Source: a virus (taxonomy: Duplodnaviria > Caudoviricetes). From it: a stretch of 25,514 nt of DNA. The position numbers and the translations under genes are program-made. Positions 1-8,551 of this stretch are shown one piece after another. The stretch is from IMG/VR virus record IMGVR_UViG_3300037044_000078, positions 1 through 25,514 of that record, one strand, 5' to 3'. The notes beneath the pieces were generated by a model, which searched no databases, was not told the origin of the DNA, and saw nothing but the letters and a program-made list of their open reading frames with translations. Each line of letters starts with the position of its first letter. Position 1 is the first letter of the stretch.

Positions 1-258
1 GAAGCAAAACTATACTTGAAAGTAGATGGGGATGAGGACAATGCACTCATCTCCTCTTTTATTAGTACCAGTGAGGAACTGTGTGAGAACATATTGAGAT
101 TCTCATTATCTGAATTTGTTACAACTCCTGAATCTGTGAGACAGGCAGATCTTTACTGCATAGCAAATCTTTATGAGAAAAGAGAAGACTTGAATATGAA
201 GGAAGTCATTGGAGTCATGATTGGACTTCTTTCACCATACCGGAAAGACGGGTGGTAG
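1..258 (+). CDS. Phage head-tail connector (HK97 gp6/SPP1 gp15-like), 5'-truncated by the window edge
   Basis: Frame 1 is open from base 1 (EAKLYLKVDGDEDNALI...LYCIANLYEKRE). This 'K.YL.VD..E.D.LI...A.LYE.RE' pattern is typical of gp6-like connectors. First gene of the neck module. Confidence 0.85.
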   Translation, partial: EAKLYLKVDGDEDNALISSFISTSEELCENILRFSLSEFVTTPESVRQADLYCIANLYEKREDLNMKEVIGVMIGLLSPYRKDGW

Positions 259-260
259 GT

Positions 261-587
261 ATGACAATTGGCGAAATGAGACATCGCATTACGATTCAGA
301 GAATAGCAATAACAACAAATGAGAATGGGTACGAGGTTGAAAGCCCTGAAGTAGTAAACGAAGTGTGGGCAAAGGTTTCTAACCTGCATGGAAGCGAGTT
401 CTTTGCGGCTAAGGCAGTCCAGTCAGCGAATACTGTAAAGTTTACAATAAGATACATTAGTGGTCTGGACCAGTCAATGCAGATCATTTTCCAGGATAAG
501 GGCTACAACATAACCTCCATTGATAATATCAAGTACCGAAATGAGTATATTGAGATACGAGCCAAGGAGGTGGACTCTATTGGCTAG
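261..587 (+). CDS. Phage head closure / head-tail adaptor (SPP1 gp16-like)
   Basis: MTIGEMRHRITIQ...VWAKV...KFTIRY...YNITSIDN motif pattern and synteny. ATG at 261 chosen over 252. Confidence 0.85.
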   Translation: MTIGEMRHRITIQRIAITTNENGYEVESPEVVNEVWAKVSNLHGSEFFAAKAVQSANTVKFTIRYISGLDQSMQIIFQDKGYNITSIDNIKYRNEYIEIRAKEVDSIG

Positions 588-978
588 AATTAATCTTGAG
601 GGAATGCAGGAGCTAATTGATAAGGTGAATAAGCTTGGCGATAAGGGTGAGGCCATTAAGAAAAATGTTTTAAGTAAGGCAGGCGACATGGTTAAGAAAA
701 GCATGGAAGAGAAAGCACCCAGATCCAAGGACACTAAAAAGCACATGGCTGACCATATCAAGGTATCAAAGAAAGAGAAGGTTGATGGAATTGATTTTGT
801 GAATATCGGTCCTACTAAGGATGATGCATCAGAGTTCTATTACTCTAAGTTTACAGAGTACGGTACATCAAAGATACCTGCCCAGCATTGGGCTGAGAAG
901 TCACTTAAAGAAAACCAAAGAGATATCAACACTGTGATAAAAGAGGAATTGGAAAGGGGGCTTAAGGAATTTGAATAA
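580..978 (+). CDS. HK97 gp10-family tail-completion protein
   Basis: AAGGAGG (564-570) precedes TTG at 580. Motifs 'LEGMQELI..L', 'YYSKFTEYGTSKIPAQHW'. Confidence 0.85.
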   Translation: MARINLEGMQELIDKVNKLGDKGEAIKKNVLSKAGDMVKKSMEEKAPRSKDTKKHMADHIKVSKKEKVDGIDFVNIGPTKDDASEFYYSKFTEYGTSKIPAQHWAEKSLKENQRDINTVIKEELERGLKEFE

Positions 979-1300
979 GAAGATATTAGAAACATTGACT
1001 CCACTTGGGCTCCCAGTAAAATTCCAGAAGCATTCAGGAGCAGCGAGTCAATACATAACATTCCATGAATACTACCAAACTGGGGAAGCTTATGACGATG
1101 ACGAGGAAAGCCTGACGGGTAGATATTTCCAGGTTGATATATGGTCAAAGACAGATTACGAAGTCATTGTAATTCAAGTAAAGAATCAGATGAAGAATGC
1201 TGGATTCACTCGAATAGATGAAGCTGATCTCTTTGAACCGGACACAGGGATTTACCACAAGGCGTTGAGGTACTACTACATAGAAGAAAGAGAGGGATAA
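971..1300 (+). CDS. Putative tail terminator / tail-completion protein
   Basis: Lies between the gp10-like gene and the major tail gene. 'YITF.EY...FQVDIWSK...MKNAGF.R...DTGIYHKALRY' pattern. Confidence 0.7.
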   Translation: MNKKILETLTPLGLPVKFQKHSGAASQYITFHEYYQTGEAYDDDEESLTGRYFQVDIWSKTDYEVIVIQVKNQMKNAGFTRIDEADLFEPDTGIYHKALRYYYIEEREG

Positions 1301-1301
1301 A

Positions 1302-1871
1302 ATGCCTAGACAGATTGGACTTAAAGACATTCACATAGCAACTATAACAAAGGACGATGACACTGGAGCCACTTACGGAACACCTGAAAAGCTCGAGAGA
1401 GCAGTAAGTGCAAAGATATCACCTAAGGTAAACTCAGAGAATATATACTCTGACGATATTGTCGAAGATGTCATTTCAGCTTTCGACAGTGTTGAGGTTG
1501 AAATTGAACTGAACCAGCTTTCATTGACTAGCAGGGCCACACTACAGGGTGCAAAGGTGGTAAAGGGAGTGCTAATTGAAAGTAAGGATGACCTACCACC
1601 AACTATTGCCATGGGTTTCAAATCCAAGAAAGCAAATGGAAAGTACAGGTTCGTGTGGCTTCTGAAGGGAAAGTTCGAGCTGACATCTGACGAATTTGAT
1701 ACTGAAGCAGGAAAGCCTGCACCAAAAAGCTCCAAGCTTAAAGGCATATTCTTTGCTAGGGATTTCGATGGAAACTACAGGTTCATAGCAGATGAGGACG
1801 AAGTAGGAGCGGATTTACCAATAATCTCTGGATGGTTTACAGGAGTTCCTGCAGAGCCAACTCCGATTTAG
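1302..1871 (+). CDS. Major tail (tube) protein, phi13-like family
   Basis: 'IGLKDIHIA...YSDD...A(M)GFKSKKANGKYRFVWLLKGKF' is characteristic of Firmicute siphophage tail tube proteins. Synteny agrees. Confidence 0.9.
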   Translation: MPRQIGLKDIHIATITKDDDTGATYGTPEKLERAVSAKISPKVNSENIYSDDIVEDVISAFDSVEVEIELNQLSLTSRATLQGAKVVKGVLIESKDDLPPTIAMGFKSKKANGKYRFVWLLKGKFELTSDEFDTEAGKPAPKSSKLKGIFFARDFDGNYRFIADEDEVGADLPIISGWFTGVPAEPTPI

Positions 1872-1984
1872 CTTAAACATATGTCATACAATAGGTCTAA
1901 TATTCAAAAAGTTCATATATTCAGATAATGTTAATATTCAATGTGATATAATGAATATGTACACAAGTTTTGTTTTCAAAATCG

Positions 1985-2013
1985 TTGAAAATATAACTTA
2001 TAAGTTGTATAAT
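1985..2013 (+). promoter_or_regulatory. Sigma-A promoter of the TAC operon with a palindromic operator in the spacer
   Basis: TTGAAA (1985-1990), 17 nt spacer, TATAAT (2008-2013). ATATAACTTATAAGTTGTAT (1991-2010) is a 20-bp palindrome with one mismatched pair. A second TGnTATAAT lies at 1944-1952. Confidence 0.75.
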
Positions 2014-2039
2014 ATTATAAGTGGGTAGGATTATTACCT

Positions 2040-2465
2040 ATGGAGCATGGAATTATAAAATTTCAAAAAATTGAATATCCAGAAGCGAATAAATCTAATT
2101 ATGTATTTGTGTATAGTCTTTTCAACGATGAACTAAGAGAATTATTAGAGAAGAGTGGTTATGTTGCTAAGTTTTCTACTGAATACGCGAAAGCGATTCG
2201 TTTTCTAGAACATTTGAAAACTAATTGTATTCATGCTTCAAAGATATTTGAAAAACTTAAGAGTGCTAATGGATTATATTCGATGAAACTGAAAGGTGAG
2301 AAGAATATCCGAATTCTCTTTGTTTTTAAATCCACTGATACTCGAGATATTGCAATCCTGTTGACTTGTTTCCAAGAAAAGGATAAAGAAGATTATCGAG
2401 CTGCAATTAAGTTAGCAAATGATAGAGTCGAGGAAATAGACAAGGGTACTGCAAGGAGGAAATAA
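2040..2465 (+). CDS. RelE/HigB-superfamily toxin (TAC system)
   Basis: 'FEKLK..NGLYSMKLKGEKNIRILF...ILLTCFQEK' resembles RelE/HigB/Gp49-like RNases. Upstream of an XRE antitoxin (HigBA order). Confidence 0.75.
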   Translation: MEHGIIKFQKIEYPEANKSNYVFVYSLFNDELRELLEKSGYVAKFSTEYAKAIRFLEHLKTNCIHASKIFEKLKSANGLYSMKLKGEKNIRILFVFKSTDTRDIAILLTCFQEKDKEDYRAAIKLANDRVEEIDKGTARRK

Positions 2466-2466
2466 C

Positions 2467-2838
2467 ATGATTAACAAGGAATTATTAGTTGAAGCAAATA
2501 GCTTCTTTGATAAGGAGGATGATGTATTTAGAAGAGAAATCGAAGTTGAGTTATTACTAGTTGATATTGCAAGTGAATTTATAAAATATAGAGTTGCAAA
2601 AGATATTTCACAGAAGGAACTTGCTAAGATACTAGGAATTACTCAAGCAATGGTTTCAAAGCTTGAAAGTGGAGATTATAATCCAACTATTAAATTTCTT
2701 TTTGAGATATGCCAAAAGTTAGATTGGGATTTTAATGTCAATATTAACTCACATACTGAAAAATCAGGGTATAATTACATGACTCAAACTAATGAATTTG
2801 ACTCATATGCATATAATTGTATAGGATTAGCATCATGA
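2467..2838 (+). CDS. XRE-HTH antitoxin (HigA-like) with a C-terminal extension (putative chaperone-addiction element)
   Basis: HTH 'ISQKELAKILGITQAMVSKLESGDYNPTIKFL', followed by a ~30-aa aromatic-containing tail (SGYNYMTQTNEFDSYAYNCIGLAS). Confidence 0.8.
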   Translation: MINKELLVEANSFFDKEDDVFRREIEVELLLVDIASEFIKYRVAKDISQKELAKILGITQAMVSKLESGDYNPTIKFLFEICQKLDWDFNVNINSHTEKSGYNYMTQTNEFDSYAYNCIGLAS

Positions 2839-3302
2839 GTGAATTTATATCGCCATTTAGGATTGACCGAAACAGTGTAACAAGCTTTACTTTATCTCAG
2901 AAAGAGCTACTTGTTCCTATTAGCTCCGTAAATGTGAGCATTGGGGCAGATTACAAGATTTCTAAAATAAAGTCGGTTGATGAGAGCCATTCTGCTCAAG
3001 TAGATTTGAAGTTGCGAGTAGATGGAAAGCATGATAATAAGTCTGTGTTCTCAATAAAGATGACTATGACGGGTTATTTTAGTGTTGATGCAAAAGAGCT
3101 AGATACTGAAAAGTTCACTAGAATGCTTGAAATTAACGGCCTTACCACACTAATGCAGCTAAGTAGAGCGTACATTACTACAGTAACTGCATTGTCTGGA
3201 TTTGGTAGACCAATTAACTTCCCAATGGTTAATGTATTAAAGTTAGTGGAAATGAAGAAAAATAGCCAGCTAAGAGACGAAGCCTTAGAAGATAAAAAAT
3301 AA
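2835..3302 (+). CDS. SecB-like chaperone (TAC system)
   Basis: ATG at 2835 overlaps the antitoxin stop (ATGA). Beta-strand core followed by 'NGLTTLMQLSRAYITTVTALSGFGRPINFPMVNV', resembling the SecB C-terminal helix/PPxxLPxxN signature. Confidence 0.75.
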   Translation: MSEFISPFRIDRNSVTSFTLSQKELLVPISSVNVSIGADYKISKIKSVDESHSAQVDLKLRVDGKHDNKSVFSIKMTMTGYFSVDAKELDTEKFTRMLEINGLTTLMQLSRAYITTVTALSGFGRPINFPMVNVLKLVEMKKNSQLRDEALEDKK

Positions 3303-3323
3303 AAAATAAAATATAACGATAAT

Positions 3324-3355
3324 AAAAGATCATTTTCGGATGATCTTTTTATTTT
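3324..3355 (+). terminator. Intrinsic terminator closing the TAC moron
   Basis: AAAAGATCAT-TTTCGG-ATGATCTTTT hairpin followed by TATTTT. Confidence 0.75.
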
Positions 3356-3366
3356 GAGGGGTTACT

Positions 3367-3711
3367 ATGAAGGGAAATAATATAAAGGACAAAGGTATCA
3401 AGTTTACACTTGGAGAGAAAGAGTATGAATTGAAGTTCAACCTAAATACATTCTGTGAGCTGGAAGAGATTTATGGTGACTTAAACAAGGCCTTCGATGA
3501 TCTCCAACGGATGAAGATAAGGGCAGTGAGGGCCCTGGTGTATTCAGCAGTAAAGGTCGAGGATGATTCGGCAACATTGAAAGTCATTGGTTCACTTCTT
3601 GGCTTAGATGATCTTGAAAGGCTCGGAACGGTGATCAATAAAGCATTAAGTATAGCAATGCCTGAGGTTGAAGAAACCTCGGGGGAAGTGACAGCCACTC
3701 AGGTTCCATAG
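3367..3711 (+). CDS. Tail assembly chaperone (gpG-like)
   Basis: 'LGEKEYELKFNLNTFCELEEIYG' pattern. Located between the tail tube and tape measure genes. Confidence 0.8.
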   Translation: MKGNNIKDKGIKFTLGEKEYELKFNLNTFCELEEIYGDLNKAFDDLQRMKIRAVRALVYSAVKVEDDSATLKVIGSLLGLDDLERLGTVINKALSIAMPEVEETSGEVTATQVP

Positions 3712-3881
3712 ATTGGGATTGGGAGTGGCTGTTCTATTTGGGGACTGTGATCCTCAAGATGACTGAAGAGCAGTTCTGGAATTCAACTCCAAGAAAGCTT
3801 CATGGTATGTTTAGAATCCATAAAGCGGTTAATGGCATTGATGACGATAGAGTTGACACGATAGACAACATTCCATTGTAA
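3681..3881 (+). CDS. gpT-like -1 frameshift extension of the tail chaperone (G-T fusion 3367-3881, ~171 aa)
   Basis: The -1 frame is open from GGGGGAA (3681-3687) to TAA 3879-3881 and reads ...IDWDWEWLFYLGTVILKMTEEQFWNSTPRKLHGMFRIH...IDNIPL. Not in the ORF track. Confidence 0.7.
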   Translation, partial: GGSDSHSGSIDWDWEWLFYLGTVILKMTEEQFWNSTPRKLHGMFRIHKAVNGIDDDRVDTIDNIPL

Positions 3882-3895
3882 GGGAGGTGGTAAAT

Positions 3896-5833
3896 TTGGC
3901 TGGAGGAAGTAGTACAGTAGTAGCAAGAATCGGTCTTGATGATACAGGGTTCCAGGAAGGAGTCAATAAGATACAGAGAAGCTTGAAGCTTGTGCAGAGC
4001 GAATTTACCGCAGCCAGTGCAAAACTTGGAGACTTTGGAAAGTCAGCGGAAGGATTGAAGCTAAAGGCAGACAGCCTTAATCAACAGATTGAGATACAGA
4101 AGGGTAAAGTCGAAGCTCTCTCCAAGAGTTACCAAGAGAGTGTGGAGAAGAAAGGTGAAGACTCCAAGGCGTCTGAGAACCTAAAGATAAAGCTAAACTA
4201 TGCAAATGCAGAGCTTAGCAAGATGCAGCAGGAGCTGAAAGATACATCTGAGGAGCTAAAGAAGAAAACATCTGTCTGGAACACTTTGTCTGAAGCCTTG
4301 GATAAGGCCGGCGACAAGATGAAAGCAGTTGGAGAGAAGATGCAGTCTGTGGGGAAAAACCTATCAACAGCTGTGTCACTTCCAATCCTAGGAATAGGAA
4401 CAGCTGCAACTAAGATGGCTATGGATGCGATTGAATCAGAGAACCTATTCGAAGTATCTATGGGTGGACTTGCTGGTGAAGCTAGAGGGTGGTCTGAAGA
4501 GATGTCAAAAGCCCTTGGCCTTAACGCATACAACGTGAGGAGCAATGTTGCAACATACAATTCTATGCTTTCGTCCATGGGATTGGCTTCAGATGAGTCA
4601 CTAAATATGTCTGAAGGACTAACAACACTAGCTTATGACATGGCTTCATTTTATAACCTTAATCCGGATGAAGCATTCAATAAACTTCGAGCTGGTATAA
4701 CTGGAGAGGCTGAACCGCTTAAAGCTCTTGGAATACTAGTTACTGACAATACAATGAAGACGTATGCCTACACCCATGGAATAGCCGAGCAAGGTGCTGA
4801 GCTTACTGAAGCTCAAAAGGTACAGGCCAGGTATGGTGTGATCCTTGATTCAACAAAGAATGCCCAGGGAGACCTGGCGAGGACCATGGACAGCCCGACC
4901 AATAAGATAAGGGCGATGAAAGAACAGGCGGAGCAGATAGGAATTCAATTCGGTCAGATCCTTATCCCAATCCTTGAAAGCCTGATCGGAGTAGTTAAGC
5001 CACTGATGGATAGCTTCCAGGGACTAACTAAAGAGCAACAGGAAACCATTGTGAAGGTTGCTCTTGTGGCTGCGGCTGTGGGGCCTGTGATCCTTGTCAT
5101 AGGCAAGGTCGTATCAATAGTGGGTGCCGCTGTGTCGGCCTTTAGTGCGGTTTCAGGGGCAATTTCAGCAGCGGGCGGAGTTCTAGCAATTGTAACCGGA
5201 CCTATAGGAATAGCAGTTGCTGCAATCGGCGGTCTCATAGCTATAGGAGTGCTTCTATATCAGAATTGGGACACTGTAAAGGCAACTGGAATTAGTGTGT
5301 GGAATGGAGTTACAAGTACTGTATCAAGCTCGATTAACAAGGCAAGAGACGCTGTGAAATCAGCAATTGACGCCATAGTCGGTTTCTTCAAGAATTTAAA
5401 GCTGCCTGAATTCAAGCTGCCTCAGATCAAGCTCCCACACTTTGAGATAGAAGGGAAATTCAGTCTTGCACCACCACAAGTACCAACCTTTGGGATCAAG
5501 TGGTACAGAGAAGGTGGACTTATGCTGGATCCTACAATATTCGGATTCGATGGGACATCATTCCTCGCTGGAGGAGAATCAGGCACCGGTGGTGAGGCTA
5601 TACTGCCACTAAATCGAATTGTGCCTATTATGGCAGATGCGATGAGGTCACTAAGTATGGGTAAAGGGGACGAGTTCAGGGAGATGATCTATTTACTTCG
5701 ACAGATAGCTGAGAAGAAAGTTGATGTGTACCTTGATGGAAGGAAGCTTACAAGTGGACTATATAACTATTTTGATGAGTTGATGACAAGAAGTTTGGCA
5801 GATGAGAGGCTATCGAGAGGAGGAGCATACTGA
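3896..5833 (+). CDS. Tape measure protein
   Basis: GGGAGG RBS then TTG at 3896. N-terminal coiled coil, Ala/Gly-rich hydrophobic middle, C-terminal 'WYREGG...GE.G.EAILPL...VYLDGRKL'. Confidence 0.9.
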   Translation: MAGGSSTVVARIGLDDTGFQEGVNKIQRSLKLVQSEFTAASAKLGDFGKSAEGLKLKADSLNQQIEIQKGKVEALSKSYQESVEKKGEDSKASENLKIKLNYANAELSKMQQELKDTSEELKKKTSVWNTLSEALDKAGDKMKAVGEKMQSVGKNLSTAVSLPILGIGTAATKMAMDAIESENLFEVSMGGLAGEARGWSEEMSKALGLNAYNVRSNVATYNSMLSSMGLASDESLNMSEGLTTLAYDMASFYNLNPDEAFNKLRAGITGEAEPLKALGILVTDNTMKTYAYTHGIAEQGAELTEAQKVQARYGVILDSTKNAQGDLARTMDSPTNKIRAMKEQAEQIGIQFGQILIPILESLIGVVKPLMDSFQGLTKEQQETIVKVALVAAAVGPVILVIGKVVSIVGAAVSAFSAVSGAISAAGGVLAIVTGPIGIAVAAIGGLIAIGVLLYQNWDTVKATGISVWNGVTSTVSSSINKARDAVKSAIDAIVGFFKNLKLPEFKLPQIKLPHFEIEGKFSLAPPQVPTFGIKWYREGGLMLDPTIFGFDGTSFLAGGESGTGGEAILPLNRIVPIMADAMRSLSMGKGDEFREMIYLLRQIAEKKVDVYLDGRKLTSGLYNYFDELMTRSLADERLSRGGAY

Positions 5834-6516
5834 TGGGATCATACTTTGAATTCAAAGGACAAGATTCAAGAGACTATTCCATTGTTGTGAATACCCTCCC
5901 TCCACTTCAGGAAGCAAAGGAAGATGGGGAATTTCTTAAGGTTCCTGGTAGGGATGGATTTTTATTCCAATCCTTCGGGAGCCTTTCGCCTATTGAGAAA
6001 GAACTTGAAATCACTTTGAAGGACCTTAGCATGTTGAACGAAATCAAGACCTGGCTAAGGGGTGAAGGAAATCTAATTCTATCAAGTGAACCGGATGTGT
6101 TTTACAAGGCGAGGTTAAGTGGACCAATTGACTTCAAGAAGCTCATATACCTAAGAACAGCAAAGTTAAAGTTCGCATGCCAGCCTTATGGGTATCTTGA
6201 GAGTGGATTGATGCTCCAGACTATCACAGTCCAGGGGGATTTTGTGAATCCTGGTACTGCTGCTTCAAGGCCATTAATCACAATATATGGTTCGGGAAGC
6301 ATTACGCTGAAAGTGAATTCTAAGAATGTGATCCTAACAAATGTTGCGGACTACGTTACTCTGAACAGCGAAACCGAGGAATCATATAAGGACCTTCTCG
6401 GAAAGAATAATGACATGCAGGGAGAGTTTCCAATACTCAATCCTGGCACAAATTCAATTTCATGGACAGGAACTGTGACAAAGCTTGAGATAGTGCCTAA
6501 CTGGCGAAATCTGTAG
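5833..6516 (+). CDS. Distal tail protein (Dit)
   Basis: 'VPGRDG...WLRGEG.LI.S.EPD.FYKA...F.CQPYGY...NPGT..SRPLITIYGSG...GEFP.L.PG.N.ISW' Dit pattern. Follows the tape measure gene. Confidence 0.85.
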   Translation: MGSYFEFKGQDSRDYSIVVNTLPPLQEAKEDGEFLKVPGRDGFLFQSFGSLSPIEKELEITLKDLSMLNEIKTWLRGEGNLILSSEPDVFYKARLSGPIDFKKLIYLRTAKLKFACQPYGYLESGLMLQTITVQGDFVNPGTAASRPLITIYGSGSITLKVNSKNVILTNVADYVTLNSETEESYKDLLGKNNDMQGEFPILNPGTNSISWTGTVTKLEIVPNWRNL

Positions 6517-6527
6517 GAGGTGGAGGT

Positions 6528-8373
6528 TTGATCAGGCTATTTGAAAAAGATGCAACAACCTTCACATCCAACGGAATTACATTACTGAATAACCTTATTA
6601 AGGCTACCACTAAAGAAGTCCTAAACGGTCTTTACAGTGCTGAATTTGAAGCTATATACGATACTACTGGGAAATGGAAGGAAATCATAGAGGGTCGGAT
6701 AATCCATGCTGATGGCCAACCCTTCAGGATACATAGGACTAGAAAAGGAATGGCTAGCCTCTACGTGTATACGCGTCACGTGTTTTGGGACCTTATCTAT
6801 AATGAGGTCAGAGACATTAGACCAACTAATAAAGGAGCTCAAGCTGCCCTGGAAGATGTTCTTGGGGCAGCTAATTATTTGCATCCATTTACGGCTTTCT
6901 CGGATATTTCAACACCAGCGACTCAGTACTTCATCAATAGGAATATTGCTGACTGCATCATGGGCAACGACAGTATAATTACAAGATGGAATGGAGAGCT
7001 GAAGCTTGATGGATGGCTAATTTCTATTCTTACCCAAAGAGGACAGGACAACGGAGTGACCATCTCGTATAGGAAGAACATTCTAGATGTTGAAGTAACG
7101 GAAGATTACGAAGCACTAGTAACCAGGATTCGGCCTAAAGGTAAAGAAGGACTAGAACTCCCTGAGATCTATGTGGATAGTCCATACGTTGGATCTTATG
7201 GCTTTCCTAGGATTAAGGAAGTGGAGTTTGAAATCGGCATAGATGATGAGACTACAGAAGGAGAGGCGATTATACAGCTTAGAGAGGCAGCTACTTCATA
7301 CTTCACCGATACAAAGTGCGACCTCCCAGACACTAATATCAAAGTGGATATGTTAAACCTGGAAAATACCGAGGAATACAGAAACTTCAAGAACTTAGTT
7401 AAGGTAGCTTTAGGGGATACAGTAACCTGCAAACATACTGACCTAGGTATAGACCATAAATCCAGAGTCATAAGTATTGAGAAGGACCTGCTTCTTGGCG
7501 GAACATCAAAGGTTGAAATTGGTGACTTCCAGGAAAGAATATTAGGGAGAATTGCAGAGATTTCTGATGTCCAGAAAACCTTAGCCCAGACTGTGGAGAG
7601 GAACAACTCAGATTTAAACGCAGCAATACTAAACGCAACTTCGCTAATAACAACTGCTCTTGGTGGTTATGTGCTAAAGCGCAATGGCGAGATTCTCATC
7701 ATGGATACCGAGGATCCGGCAACAGCAACACAGGTTTGGCGATGGAACATCAATGGTCTAGGATATAGCTCTGGACCAGGGGCAATTAATGGGCCTTATG
7801 GAATTGCAATGACCATGGATGGCAAGATTAATGCCAGCTTCATCACATCGGGTGAGCTCGATGCAGCAATCGTTAAGACGGGAACAATTGAGTCCGACAA
7901 GCTTAGCGTAGATGCAAAGCAGGTACTATTTGAAATGATCGATGTAGGTGCCACAAATCTACTTGAAGATAGTGAAAGAGAGAGAACAAGTACTTCAGAA
8001 TATATTGGAGTTCGTATTTATGAAATATTAGAAGCCCATCCAGGAAAAGAACTTACATTCAGCTTTGATTTGAAGTCTGCTATAGCTGGCGATATAGCTG
8101 TTTATGCGCTTGGAGACTATAACATTAACTACCTGTATTTCCCTGCAACTAATGAATTTCAAAGATTTAGTTATACACTTACACCAGTAAAGACAGGAAG
8201 TGCAGGTTGGGCGGACTGGTCTTTTTATGGTGTTTATTCAAGCGGAAAGATACCTACCATTAGACGATTAAAAATTGAGATTGGAAACAAAGCAACAGAC
8301 TGGTCTCCACATCCCAAAGAACTATACTCTGGAATAACTCGAATTGATAAAGACGGTATAAATGTTGGTACAT
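6528..8373 (+). pseudogene. Tal / tail-spike (prophage endopeptidase-tail family) 5' part, interrupted by IS21
   Basis: Tal-like N-terminus, coiled coil and a CBM-like module (NLL...LKIEIGNKATDWSP). The last residues of the 631-aa ORF, to 8423, are read from the IS left end. Confidence 0.85.
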
Positions 8374-8551
8374 TGATTATTACGCGTTTTCGATACCCCC
8401 GATACTCACCTGAAGACCGCTAGTATTTTCTATGGAGTCCAGCATATTTTCCATTGATACTCAATTAAAGTCCGACTGTATATCTAATAAGTCCGCCTAT
8501 CTATAGAATGAACTTGTAGCGTATAGCTACAGAATAGAAAGGAGGCTTATT

